Assembly (NCBI GenBank): GCA_950097015.1
Contig: CATNEN010000039.1
Coordinates: forward strand, 4,464,001 to 4,528,000
Source: Macrostomum hystrix
Taxonomy: Eukaryota > Animalia > Platyhelminthes
DNA: 64,000 nucleotides
Direction of reading: 5' to 3'
In this document: positions 51,318-64,000 of the stretch, piece after piece
How the letters are laid out: every line of letters begins with the position of its first letter
Position numbering within the stretch: the first letter of the stretch is position 1
The notes under the pieces: generated by a model
The model's input: the letters and a program-made list of their open reading frames with translations, nothing else
Told to the model about the DNA's origin: nothing
Database searches by the model: none
Program-made: the position numbers and the translations under genes

Positions 51318-51805
51318 GTTTTCTCCAATCTCTCCCCCCGTTTCTCCTCTCTCTTCCCCCCGTTTCTCCTCTCTCTTCTCCCCGTTTCTCCTCTCTCTTC
51401 CCCCCGTTTCCCCCCTCTCTCCCCCCGTTTCTCCAATCTCTCCCCCCGTTTCTCCTCTCTCTTCCACCCGTTTCTCCCCTCTCTTCCCCCCGTTTCTCCC
51501 CTCTCTCCCCCCGTTTCTCCAATCTCTCCCCCCGTTTCTCCTCTCTCTTCCCCCCGTTTCCCCCCTCTCTCCCCCCGTTTCTCCAATCTCTCCCCCCGTT
51601 TCTCCAATCTCTCCCCCCGTTTCTCCTCTCTCTTCCCCCCGTTTCTCCTCTCTCTTCTCCCCGTTTCTCCAATCTCTCCCCCGTTTCTCCATTCTCTCCC
51701 CGTTTCTCCCCTCTCTCCCCCCGTTTCTCCATTCTCTCCCCGTTTCTCCCCTCTCTACCCCCGTTTCTCCAATCTCCCCTCGTTTCCCCTCTCTCTCCCA
51801 CGTTT
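51318..51805. repeat. Pyrimidine-rich ~21-23-bp repeat (CCCCCCGTTTCTCC...)
   Basis: Direct. Confidence 0.92.
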
Positions 51806-52789
51806 CTTGTCCTCTCCACGACAAATTTTCTGTCGCTTATTTTCTCCAAATTGTCACGCTTTTTTTCAACTCTTGGGTCTCTTTGTCTCTTTAGTTTTCA
51901 GCAGCCTCTTGCTTCCCTCACTGTCTGATCCTCTGAAGAAGGCTATTCGTGAAATTTAAGTTTGTTTCTATGGACCAATGGATGCCGCTCTGGAACGAAA
52001 TCCCGCATTTCGTCTGCTTATCGATCCCTGAAATCTTGTTCAAAAATAATCCCCATTCATATGTTGTCCTGCAGTATTTTTTAAATAACACACAGTTGTA
52101 AATTACAGATTATAACAAACTTCAGTTTTTAGGCAATAAATAATGTTTTTTTCTACCTGTTTCAACCGCTATGCAACTAAACTTTTCAAACGCGCACGCA
52201 CACACAATTAAACTGCTTATTTTCAAATAATAGGTAGCTTGAGGACCGCGATAATGACCCAGCACGACCACCCGCTGTGTCCGCCATTCACTGCATACCT
52301 GTGTGTGGGTGTGTGTTCTGCATCTAATTGGGGAAATTTACTGACTTTAGTCGGCAGCATCACAATCCAGCCTTTCCGCCTATTTAACCGAAAGTGTAGC
52401 GCAAAGAAATTAAAGAGACGATTGTCCGACAGCCCAAAAATTCTCCCAGACTCTTTGCAAAACTCTTTCTCTCCCAAATTCAGGCACCTCTCACTGGGCC
52501 GGGTGAGTGAGGCGGGTGTGCGTGTTTTTCAACATGCGCGGATGATTTCCGCTGAGAGGTCCATTGTTTCACGGTTTAGCGGGAAATGAAAAAAAATTCT
52601 GACTTGTTTCGTGTAAGTTGGGATTTGGAAGCTTAACTGGGAAATGAAAAATCACTTTCTACAAAGTTTGCTAACGGGAATGAGTGCTGTCACCGCTGAC
52701 ACTTACATTTTACATGGCCGTAAAAAAGTACAGAATCTGTCAAACTAATTCCACTGATTTCGTCGATGATTCATTGCTGGGTAAAGTGT

Positions 52790-53135
52790 GGGGTGAGTGG
52801 CTCCTAACGCTTTTGCCTCTCGCACTGAGGTCCCTGGGCTCGATTCCGCTGCGAGGCCACATTCATTTCGGAGAGAAGGCTTGGCGGCTTGTCGTGCATT
52901 CAACGCTTTTGAGGGCCAACCTCCAAGGCACAGTGAGAGTGTACACTGCCAGACCGATGAGAAAGTCAGGGCAGATGTACACACCTGTGTGAGGGTGTGC
53001 ATGTGTACAGTATCTGTGTGCGTGTGTGCTCAGGAGTCAGCGAAATGGGCAGAATCGCCTGCTCGCTGGCTACGGGTCTAGTGATCGCACTCAACCCTCC
53101 TGCCGGCACTATCATGAGATTATTATAATTATAAT
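52790..53135 (+). mobile_element. tRNA-derived SINE family 1, copy C
   Basis: GGGGTGAGTGGC...GGGCTCGATTCC (B box)...GCCACATTCATT, the shared body, and an AT-rich tail. Confidence 0.82.
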
Positions 53136-53969
53136 ACTCATGTGTACAGCTGCTAATTAGTCTACGAATTGTTTCTCTCTGGCTGAGAATCGAACTTCCG
53201 ACCTCTCGGTCAGATTTTCGAAGCTACAAGCACTGGACAACCAGCTCCAATGACCTTAGAAAATGGCCCTGCGCAATGATCAGCTAAAAATACTTACACA
53301 ATAGACGCATTATCTACCCATTCATGCCCTGCATTTTCTCGATTTTTTTAATCCGCCAAAAATGTTGAAAGCCGACGAGCAGCGGACGAGACACGTTTGA
53401 GTTGGCGGTGAGAAAGAGACTTAACCTGTCATTTCTGGCCGGGAGGATAATCCCTACCTAGACTAAATGGGAGCAGATTTAAGTTGCTCTTCCCATTTTC
53501 AAGAGGAACAGAAAAAGCTAATCGAGGAAGACAATTTTCTGGTCGACTCATGCAGTTTTTTTCATGTCGAGAAATTGAAGAAAAATCTGTCAAAAATCCC
53601 TTCAAAAGCCGGCTTTGGCAGGTGCGAAGATCCCCGGGACAACAGGGCTCAGGGGATTATTTCCCGGACTTGGGGAGTCTGCTCAGCTGTTTTTTTGTCG
53701 GAGCAGATTTTTTCTCAAATCCCCTCGGGCGGGTTTTGAAAAATATCCCCAGAAACCAAATCTGGCCCTGGATTTTGCGATGTCAACTGTCCTGTCCAAC
53801 TATGCTGCTTAATTCTTTAATCTTTGATTTATTGGTTTGCAAGTGTGAGTATCGTCTCACATATCATCCGATCTATTCGTCTGTCCGTCTGTCTCCTTCC
53901 GCCTTTCTGAATTCCTAGAGTTCACAAATTCCTAGTCTTTGAGAAACTCCTGAAAATTATTATTTTAGA

Positions 53970-54745
53970 CTTTCTCATCCGCATCTAGCACTTTCTCATC
54001 CTCATCTAGCTCTTTCTCATCCACATCTAGCTCTTTCTCATCCACATCTAGCTCTTTCTCATCCACATCTAACTCTTTCTCATCCTCATCTAGCTCTTTC
54101 TCAACCTCATCTAACTCTTTATCATCCTCATCTAGCTCTTTCTCAACCTCATCTAACTCTTTCTCATCCTCATCTAACTCTTTCTTAACCTCATCTAACT
54201 CTTTCTCATCCTTATCTAGCTCTTTCTCATCCTCATCTAACTCTTTCTCATCCTCATCTAGCTCTTTCTCAACCTCATCTAACTCTTTCTCATCCTCATC
54301 TAACTCTTTCTTAACCTCATCTAACTCTTTCTCATCCTTATCTAGCTCTTTCTCATCCTCATCTAGCTCTTTCTCATCCTCATCTAGCTCTTTCTCATCC
54401 TCATCTAGCTCTTTCTCATCCTCATCTAGCTCTTTCTCATCCACATCTAGCTCTTTCTCATCCTCATCTAGCTCTTTCTCATCCTCATCTAGCTCTTTCT
54501 CATCCTCATCTAGCTCTTTCTCATCCTCATCTAACTCTTTCTCATCCTCATCTAGCTCTTTCTCATCCTCATCTAGCTCTTTCTCATCCTCATCTAACTC
54601 TTTCTCATCCTCATCTAGCTCTTTCTCATCCTTATCTAACTCTTTCTCATCCTCATCTAACTCTTTCTCGTCCTCATCTAACTCTTTCTCATCCTCATCT
54701 AGCTCTTTCTCGTCCTCATCTAACTCTTTCTCATCCTCATCCAGC
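53970..54745. repeat. 21-bp minisatellite (CTCATCTA[G/A]CTCTTTCTCATC)
   Basis: Direct; reads DEDEKEL on the minus strand. Confidence 0.95.
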
Positions 54746-55737
54746 CCTTTCTCACCTCTCTCAATCTTTCTCTCAAGTATCCAACTCCCAGACAAGGCGC
54801 AAACACAAGCAGGAGCTGCATCTGGCCAGCCAACAACCAACCCAATCGGTGCTAAATAGATTCGCTTCGCACCGATTGCAAGGCATGCGCCTGGTTACTA
54901 AAGTGAGGCGAAGATCTCCACCCAGGGGGGGGACACGAGCCACCGACCGTGACGACTGGAGCAGCAGCTCTCGGGGCTGCCTGTTCCTGGGCCGTGTGCT
55001 CCTCCAAAAAAATGAGAAATATATATCCCGCCGGGCTAGGAGAGACAATTTGAAAATTCGCTTCCTTGTGAGCTAAAGCAACTCAAAAGTCTTGGAGAGT
55101 TTGAGTGAGGAGATTTTGCAGTTGCTGCTGCTGGGACAATCTCCCCCCTGGGCATAGGGGGCTCTCGAATCATTTTTTTATTTCGGCTTGGGATAAATTT
55201 TACGAGTACTCAGGGAGGACAGGAGCAGCTGAGGATGGCCGGTCAAGTGGGGGTGGGGATGGGTTAGAGACAGACGGACGGGGCCCAGAATTTTAAACTG
55301 CCATCGGGGGGCGCCCAACGCGGAATGCTAATAAATTGATTGCGTGCTCCGATAAAAACTCAGTCCAAACTCAGGCGTAGAATATCTTCAAAGATATTGC
55401 TGACCCGTTGGCATTAGTCTGCCTGTGTTGGCCCAGGTCAAGCTGAGGACGCACAAGAGAACCCCCTGCAGCTGCAATCCTGTTGCTAAGCTGTTCCTGG
55501 CGTGCACTCTCGAAATTGTCTGTTCTGGAGGGCTTATGCAACAGTTGCAGCGGTTTTGCAATCTTGTTACATCGCCTCAAGTTATTGATGCTTAGACTGA
55601 ACATTATTTAGGCGAGTGTTGTCAGAAACTGTCTTCCATTTAGCTCTACCATTCGCACTCTTCCAACTACCTCGATTGGACTGGACATTGCAAAAACACA
55701 GAAACAGCGCGGGCGAGAGAGTAGTTTGATTACAGAT

Positions 55738-56122
55738 GGGTAAGTAAGATAAGAGAGAGGTAAGTGAGATAATAGAGAGAGGTAAGTGAGATAATAGAGA
55801 GAGGTAAGTAAGATAAGAGAGAGAGGTAAGTGAGATAATAGAGAGAGGTAAGTGAGATAATAGAGAGAGGTAAGTGAGATAATATAGAGAGTTAAGTGAG
55901 ATAAGAGAGAGGTAAGTGAGATAAGAGAGAGGTAAGTGAGATAAGAGAGAGAGGTAAGTAAGATAAGAGAGAGGTAAGTGAGATAAGAGAGAGGTAAGTG
56001 AGATAAGAGAGGGGGGTAAGTGAGATAAGAGAGAGAGGTAAGTGAGATAAGAGAGAGAGGTAAGTGAGATAAGAGAGAGAGGTAAGTGAGATGAGAGAGA
56101 GAGGTAAGTGAGATAAGAGATA
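55738..56122. repeat. ~22-24-bp minisatellite built on GAGAGGTAAGTGAGATAA
   Basis: Direct. Confidence 0.93.
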
Positions 56123-56849
56123 GATCAAACGAGAAAAGTTTCGGAATGAAACAAATAGTTTTAATTAGATTGTGCCAATATAACAACAACAAGTTCCCAA
56201 ATCACTCACCAGTTTTTATCTAGCAACTTGGATTCGCAGGCTAGGACAGAAACGATAGTTGGCCCAACTGCAGGTGTGAAAATGATGACGCAACTTGATC
56301 GCTGGAAGATTTACAACCTCGACAGGTCGCAGTGGCAGTTCATATTGTGCAGCAGGATCTGCATGATCAGAAACAATTTCAAAATAATAAGCTGATGTAT
56401 TATAACAAATGAATTAGTTTCACATGCCCAGCAGACCAGCAGTGCTGTGGGGTGTCTGGTTACCCCACTTACGCATGGTACCCGCATGAATTCAAAATAG
56501 ATATTTTGCCGCTTGTGGGTCGAGTAACTCGAGCCATCCCAGCCTGTCTGTTTGCTGTTCGACCTAAATGCAACAAAATGCGCACCATGGGAAAGTCTCA
56601 GATTTCTTCGTGGAGAATCAGTCAGTCAACTTCCGGAACTCTCTTCACGCAGCTTTAGCTTTGGCTTTCTGGCTCTCAGGGGCGGGGGCCTGTTACTACA
56701 GCTTTCACTTTCTTGTGCCTGAAGAAGTGAGTAGCAAGACTGCATTAGAAAGTAAATGAGCAAATGAGAGCAAAAGAGCTGCACTGGTTTGCTGGCGGAA
56801 TTTGATTCAACTCTGGACAAGAGAAAACAGCAATGCGAAATGAGTAACG

Positions 56850-57212
56850 GTGTGCTAACTTCACAGCTCAGAGTGTGCTAACTTCACAGCTCAGAGTGTG
56901 CTAACTTCACAGTTCAGAGTGTGCTAACTTCACAGCTCAGAGTGTGCTAACTTCACAGCTCAGAGTGTGCTAACTTCACAGCTCAGAGTGTGCTAACTTC
57001 ACAGCTCAGAGTGTGCTAACTTCACAGCTCAGAGTGTGCTAACTTCACAGCTCAGAGTGTGCTAACTTCACAGCTCAGAGTGTGCTAACTTCACAGCTCA
57101 GAGTGTGCTAACTTCACAGCTCAGAGTGTGCTAACTTCACAGCTCAGAGTGTGCTAACTTCACAGCTCAGAGTGTGCTAATTTCACAGTTCAGAGTGTGC
57201 TAACTTCATAGA
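56850..57212. repeat. 23-bp minisatellite (GTGTGCTAACTTCACAGCTCAGA), ~15 copies
   Basis: Direct. Confidence 0.95.
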
Positions 57213-57747
57213 TCACTGTGCTCACCCATGTCACTTCATGAGAATGAATTGAGCACAATAGCCTATAAACAAGGGATCAAAGCCAGTGTCTACCTGAGCA
57301 CACTCTGAGCACAGGTAGCTGGTTGGATGCAGGTGAATGTTAAGCTCATATCTCAGCCATGTGAGTGGGGGCTTGTATTGACAAATACTCGGTTTCACTA
57401 ACCTAACTGCTTGTCTCTGTTTACTTTGCGATATAAACCCAACGCAATAGGCTCACATTCAATGATTTTGCAGTTGAGTCACCATGTTGATTATCAAAAC
57501 TAAACAAACAGTTACTAATGATTGATAACCCCAATTGTCTGTGAGGATTAAAAGTTGGATTTTTTAAAACTTTCTAAAACCCAATTGAATGGACAATTTA
57601 CTAGCGGATAGAAACTTTTTTTGCCAATAACGAATATGTTTTTGCCCCGACAAACCTGATCACAGACTTCTATCGAGTAACATCTGTATCTCCTCAGCTC
57701 TCTCTTTAATGTCCGATCATGCATGCTTCCTCAGTTTCTCTTTCCTG

Positions 57748-59512
57748 TCCTCTCTCCTCTCTCCTCTCTCCCCTCTACTATCTCCTCTCTCCTCTCTCCT
57801 CTCTACTCTCTCCTCTCTCCCCTCTCCTCTCTCCTCTCTCCTCTCTCCTCTCTCCTCTCTACTCTCTCCTCTCTCCCCTCTCCTCTCTCCTCTCTCCTCT
57901 CTACTCTCTCCTCTCTCCTCTCTCCTCTCTACTCTCTACTCTCTACTCTCTCCTCTCTACTCTCTCCTCTCTACTCTCTACTCTCTCCTCTCTCCTCTCT
58001 CCTCTCTCCTCTCTCCTCTCTCCTCTCTACTCTCTCCTCTCTCCTCTCTCCTCTCTACTCTCTACTCTCTACTCTCTCCTCTCTCCTCTCTCCACTCTAT
58101 TCTCTCCTCTCTCCTCTCTCCTCTCTCCTCTCTACTCTCTCCTCTCTCCTCTCTCCCCTCTCCTCTCTCCTCTCTCCTCTCTACTCTCTACTCTCTACTC
58201 TCTCCTCTCTCCTCTCTCCTCTCTACTCTCTACTCTCTCATCTCTCATCTCTACTATCTCCTCTCTCGTCTCTCCTCTCTCCTCTCTACTCTCTCATCTC
58301 TCATCTCTACTATCTCCTCTCTCCTCTCTACTCTCTCCTCTCTACTCTCTCCTCTCTCATCTCTCATCTCTCATCTCTCATCTCTCCTCTCTCCCCTCTC
58401 CTCTCTCCTCTCTCCCCTCTCCTCTCTCCTCTCTCCACTCTATTCTCTCCTCTCTCCTCTCTCCTCTCTCCTCTCTACTCTCTCCTCTCTCCTCTCTCCT
58501 CTCTCCTCTCTACTCTCTACTCTCTACTCTCTCCTCTCTTCTCTCTCCTCTCTACTCTCTCCTCTCTCATCTCTCATCTCTACTATCTCCTCTCTCGTCT
58601 CTCCTCTCTCCTCTCTACTCTCTCATCTCTCATCTCTACTATCTCCTCTCTCCTCTCTACTCTCTCCTCTCTACTCTCTCCTCTCTCATCTCTCATCTCT
58701 CATCTCTCCTCTCTCCCCTCTCCTCTCTCTTCTCTCCCCTCTCCTCTCTCCTCTCGCCTCTCTATTCTCTCCTCTCTCCTCTCTACTCTCTCATCTCTCA
58801 TCTCTACTATCTCATCTCTCGTCTCTCCTCTCTCCCGTCTCCTCTCTCCTCTCTCCTCTCTCCTATCTCCTCTCTCCTCTCTACTCTCTACTCTCTACTC
58901 TCTCCTCTCTCCTCTCTCCTCTCTACTCTCTACTCTCTCATCTCTCATCTCTACTATCTCCTCTCTCCCCTCTCCTCTCTCCTCTCTCCTCTCTATTCTC
59001 TACTCTCTACTCTCTCCTCTCTTCTCTCTCCTCTCTACTCTTTCCTCTCTCATCTCTCATCTCTACTATCTCCTCTCTCGTCTCTCCTCTCTCCTCTCTA
59101 CTCTCTCATCTCTCATCTCTACTATCTCCTCTCTCGTCTCTCCTCTCTCCTCTCTACTCTCTCATCTCTCATCTCTACTATCTCCTCTCTCCTCTCTACT
59201 CTCTACTCTCTCCTCTCTACTCTCTCCTTTCTCATCTCTCATCTCTCATCTCTCCTCTCTCCCCTCTCCTCTCTCTTCTCTCCCCTCTCCTCTCTCCTCT
59301 CGCCTCTCTATTCTCTCCTCTCTCCTCTCTACTCTCTCATCTCTCATCTCTACTATCTCATCTCTCGTCTCTCCTCTCTCCCGTCTCCTCTCTCCTCTCT
59401 CCTCTCTCCTATCTCCTCTCTCCTCTCTACTCTCCCCTTTCTCCTCTCTACTCTCTCATCTCTCATCTCTACTATCTCCTCTCTCCTCTGTCCTCTCTCG
59501 TCTCTCCTCTCA
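57748..59512. repeat. Long CT-rich 7-mer-based polypyrimidine repeat (CTCTCTC/CTCTCTA/CTCTCAT)
   Basis: Direct. Confidence 0.95.
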
Positions 59513-60194
59513 AATTTCAACTCTCTCTTCTCTGCCCTCGCGTCCCTCCTCCTTTTTGCCTCTCTACTCAATATTTTCTCTCCCCTCCTTTCTCCTCTCC
59601 ATGTTTCCCCATGTCACTCAAAATGTTCTTTCTTCTCTCACCTTGGCCCTCTTTACAGTCCTGTCCGTCATTCTGTTCCCTCGCTTTCTCAGCGCATCCC
59701 CATCAAAAGCATGGTTACTATCCAGTGCCTCCTTAGGCTTCAATAGGGACAGCAACGCCAGTTAAAAGGCGTCTCACCGCAGCTGCGCCAAGGCCATTAT
59801 CTCGTATCAAAAACTTCACACTATGCAGACAGAATCAACGCACGAATGGATAACGAAGACGGACAAAGGAGGAGTCCGCAGATAGTGATAGAGGACTGGA
59901 GGAAGGAACGAAGCTGTTTAGCGATGCTAAGTAACGGAGCGAGCGACTCGCTGCTCGTTGCCTCGAGCAGTGCTCAATTCTACACCGAAGCGAATGCGAA
60001 CTGGGCAGTGGAGAGTTGGGAATGAGAAAGGCACAAGCCGGAATTGCATTATGGCACACTCCGATACCATGTTCACAGTTTGGCTGAATTATTGGCTTGA
60101 GTTTCACCACCCTTTGGGATATGATTTCAGGATATTGTAACTAGGATGTTCTGTGTGTCATAACAACAGGTCGGTGACAGAGTGGAGGAAGTAC

Positions 60195-60650
60195 AGAGGG
60201 AGAGAGCGAGAGGGAGAGAGGGAGAGGGAAAGGGAGAGGGAGAGAGGGAGAGGGAGAGGGAGAGGGAGAGGGAGAGGGAGAGGGAGAGGGAGAGGGAAAG
60301 AGGGAGAGGGAGAGGGAAAGAGAAAGAGGGAGGGAGAGAGGGAGAGAGAGGGAGAGGGAGAGAGGGAGAGGGAGAGGGAAAGAGGGAGAGGGAGAGGGAA
60401 AGAGGGAGAGGGAGAGAGGGAGAGAGAGAGGGAGAGAGAGAGGGAAGGAGAGAGAGGGAGAGGAAAGGAGAGAGAGGGAGAGGGAAGGAGAGAGAGGGAG
60501 AGGGAAGGAGAGAGAGGGAGAGGGAAGGAGAGAGGGGGAGAGAGAGGAGAGAGAGGGAGAGGGAGAGAGAGGGAGAGGGAGTGAGAGAGAGGGAGAGAGA
60601 GGGAGAGAGAGGGAGAGGGAAGGAGAGAGAGGGAGAGGGAGAGGGAGGGA
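60195..60650. repeat. (GAGGGA)n-like polypurine tract
   Basis: Direct. Confidence 0.94.
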
Positions 60651-61397
60651 TGCAGAGAGAGCTCAGGCAATAGTCTTGAGATTACATAACGCAGTGGGCA
60701 ATGATGGTGAAAGTGATAGAGAATGAGAAGTGTGAGAATGGGCAGCGGAAGTCTCAGAGCAGCTATCCAGCCGGTCAGGCATGCAGGGCAGCGCACTGGT
60801 TTCGCATCGCAGTGAGAGGGGTTACACACGTAATATTAGCTCATGACACTATAGGGGTTTGCCTCAATCCAATGAGAATAGGACTCAGGCACTCGCTGCT
60901 GTTGTTGTGTCGCATCAGCTCAGTCTGAGGGTGGGGCCAGTGTGGCCAAATTCCGCCAATTCTCAACTCACCCCACGCCTTTTACCTTTTGTGCTGTCTG
61001 TCTGAGCAGGATTCTCAATGTGGCTCTCACTGAGACCCACTTCAGGGTTAGTGTCAATTACATGTGTGAAGTTCACTAGTTTGAGCACAGCAGAGTAGCA
61101 GAGCCGCAATTCCCCCCACACAGTCTGTAGGAATGAATTTTCTCATTTAATTTAATATAGGAAAAAACTGAAAACTATAAATATGGCCCTAGGGGAGGCA
61201 TTCAAATAACCACTTTCATTATCATGTTTCTGCTTCTTCAGAAAATTCTGGCAGACGGAGTGGTCAGAAAAAAATTGTTTTCTAACTTTTCTTGAGTTGC
61301 AAAAAAAGTTAGGATCGGTTGAGATAGAAAAAATATAAATCAATTATCCAGATTTTTTTGCATTTTCCGGGCATTAGGTTCTTATTAAAATACTTAA

Positions 61398-62012
61398 CTG
61401 ATTCACAATGGATTGCTAGTCTATGCGATTGACCCACAATGGATTGCTAGTCTATGCGACTAACTCACAATGGATTGCTAGTCTATGCGATTGACTCACA
61501 ATGGATTGCTAGTCTATGCGATTGACTCACAATGGATTGCTAGTCTATGCGATTGACTCACAATGGATTGCTAGTCTATGCGATTGACTCACAGTGGATT
61601 GCTAGTCTATGCAATTAACTCACAGTGGATTGCTAGTCTATGCTATTGACTTACAATGGATTGCTAGTCTATGCAATTAACTCACAATGGATTGCTAATC
61701 TATGCTTTTGATTTGCAATGGATTGCTAGTCTACGCGATTGACTTACAGTGGATTGCTAGTCTATGCAATTAACTCACAATGGATTGCTAATCTATGCTA
61801 TTGACTTACAATGGATTGCTAGTCTATGCTATTGACTTACAATGGATTGCTAGTCTATGCGATTGACTCGCACTGGATTGCTAGTCTATGCTTTTGATTT
61901 GCAATGGATTGCTAGTCTACGCGATTGACTCACAGTGGATTGCTAATCTATGCTATTGACTTACAATGGATTGCTAGTCTATGCGATTGACTCGCACTGG
62001 ATTGCTAATCTA
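61398..62012. repeat. 31-bp minisatellite (CACAATGGATTGCTAGTCTATGCGATTGACT)
   Basis: Direct, with moderately diverged units. Confidence 0.94.
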
Positions 62013-62651
62013 TCAGATAAGGTCCAAAGCAACAGGCTGGCCCCAGAAACAGTTGCACTAACTCCAGTTTTCTCCCAGAGTTTTCTCTGCTCTTCCCAAT
62101 TATAATTTTTCCCAGTCTATCGCGGCTTTTAATGAGCAGTGTGAGCAACTGGCAAGCGGAATTGGGCGATTGGGATATTTGCCAAACTGGCAGACGAGAA
62201 GAAATTGAGAGCGATGGCGGAGTGAGAGTGAGTTGGCAGAAAGGGGCTGAAACCACCAACTGAGCCTACCGTGCTCGAAGCAGTGGGAAAAGAAAGAAAA
62301 TGGGAGAAAGAGACCTCGGCAGACAGGACTGGGCTCGATTCCTTACATCCCCATTTCCCCATTGCTAAGCTGCCTGTCAGTTGGTTGTCGGCAGCATCCC
62401 GCGGGGCAAACACTGACGCAATTACCTCTGCGTAAATATTGGCGGAGGCGAGGAGGCTGCGGGTCGATGCCACGACTGGCTTCTTGCAGCTGAGTGCGAT
62501 CATGGGGCCTACTCATGGATGGGGTGTTTTTGCGCGTGTGAGCGTGTCTGGCTATGCTTGACTGGGCTATCAGTTGCCGCTGCACACACTGCATATCTCT
62601 CTGCTGATTGCAATCTTGACGACTTCAAAAGCTCTCTCTACTGCCTGTTGC

Positions 62652-63489
62652 TGTCTGTTGGGATCACTCTCTGTACTGTCTGTTGGGATCACTCTCTGTA
62701 CTGTCTGTTGGGATCACTCTCTGTACTGTCTGTTGGGATCACTCTCTGTACTGTCTGTTGGGATCACTCTCTGTACTGTCTGTTGGGATCACTCTCTGTA
62801 CTGTCTGTTGGGATCACTCTCTGTACTGTCTGTTGGGATCACTCTCTGTACTGTCTGTTGGGATCACTCTCTGTACTGTCTGTTGGGATCACTCTCTGTA
62901 CTGTCTGTTGGGATCACTCTCTGTACTGTCTGTTGGGATCACTCTCTGTACTGTCTGTTGGGATCACTCTCTGTACTGTCTGTTGGGATCACTCTCTGTA
63001 CTGTCTGTTGGGATCACTCTCTGTACTGTCTGTTGGGATCACTCTCTGTACTGTCTGTTGGGATCACTCTCTGTACTGTCTGTTGGGATCACTCTCTGTA
63101 CTGTCTGTTGGGATCACTCTCTGTACTGTCTGTTGGGATCACTCTCTGTACTGTCTGTTGGGATCACTCTCTGTACTGTCTGTTGGGATCACTCTCTGTA
63201 CTGTCTGTTGGGATCACTCTCTGTACTGTCTGTTGGGATCACTCTCTGTACTGTCTGTTGGGATCACTCTCTGTACTGTCTGTTGGGATCACTCTCTGTA
63301 CTGTCTGTTGGGATCACTCTCTGTACTGTCTGTTGGGATCACTCTCTGTACTGTCTGTTGGGATCACTCTCTGTACTGTCTGTTGGGATCACTCTCTGTA
63401 CTGTCTGTTGGGATCACTCTCTGTACTGTCTGTTGGGATCACTCTCTGTACTGTCTGTTGGGATCACTCTGTCTGTTATCTGTTGGGAT
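62652..63489. repeat. Perfect 25-bp minisatellite (CTGTCTGTTGGGATCACTCTCTGTA), ~33 copies
   Basis: Direct. Confidence 0.97.
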
Positions 63490-64000
63490 TTTTCTCAATT
63501 TGCATTTCTCAGTTTTCTAAAAATGCTTTCAAGAAGATTGCCTGCAGTTTAATTCGCTTTTGTACTCAAAGAAAATTAATGGAAAATTATTAATGCAATC
63601 GATTATAAACAAAAAACAGACTCAACAGCTTCGCAAGACACGCAAATCCGACATTTTTTAAAACAAAAAATGGCAGCGATTCAATTTTACATAAAAATAG
63701 CTACAGATTCTGCTGATGCGGGTTAATCTCACACAAGCAATTGGCTGCTGACACAAGTGTTTTGTCTGCTGCCTTTTTTCGCACTTCCTCAGATCCAGAA
63801 CACACGCGCACACACGCACATAATGTAAAGGTGGATTTGCAATTAAACAATCTGATGAGTGAAGTGGCAGATAAGGTAAGGAAAATGAAAAGGAAGTGAA
63901 TTGAAGAGGAAGCGAAGGGGGTTGGGGAGTTTTTAAGGCAATAATAAGTCTTATTGCTCAAGCCGTCTGCTCAGTCAGAGGGCTGCCGAGATTCGCGATT

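Overview
Eukaryotic (metazoan) genomic DNA with GT-AG introns, GC-rich exons in an AT-rich background, and very dense minisatellites (about 35 distinct arrays, roughly 40% of the window by eye). This style resembles the free-living flatworm Macrostomum, which is an inference and not confirmed. Four spliced genes can be reconstructed by hand with consistent intron phases: a phospholipid scramblase (+, 2641-7675, 5 exons, 325 aa); an Argos/giant-lens-like secreted protein with 16 Cys, not recovered as a protein by the ORF track (+, 9440-12567, 4 exons, ~277 aa); 2-amino-3-ketobutyrate CoA ligase/GCAT (-, 19724-15525, 5 exons, 425 aa); and a 7-cadherin-repeat delta-type protocadherin (-, 45047-22619, 4 coding exons, ~1066 aa). 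The 3' end of a fifth gene lies at 1-366. Two tRNA-derived SINE families are present, one CORE-like. Most long ORFs in the track are translations of tandem repeats. Main points of interest: the Argos-like gene; private minisatellites in most introns, often abutting splice sites and usually C-rich/G-poor on the transcribed strand; arrays made of splice-signal-like words; and a stop-free 3n intron plus a read-through short tail in the protocadherin.
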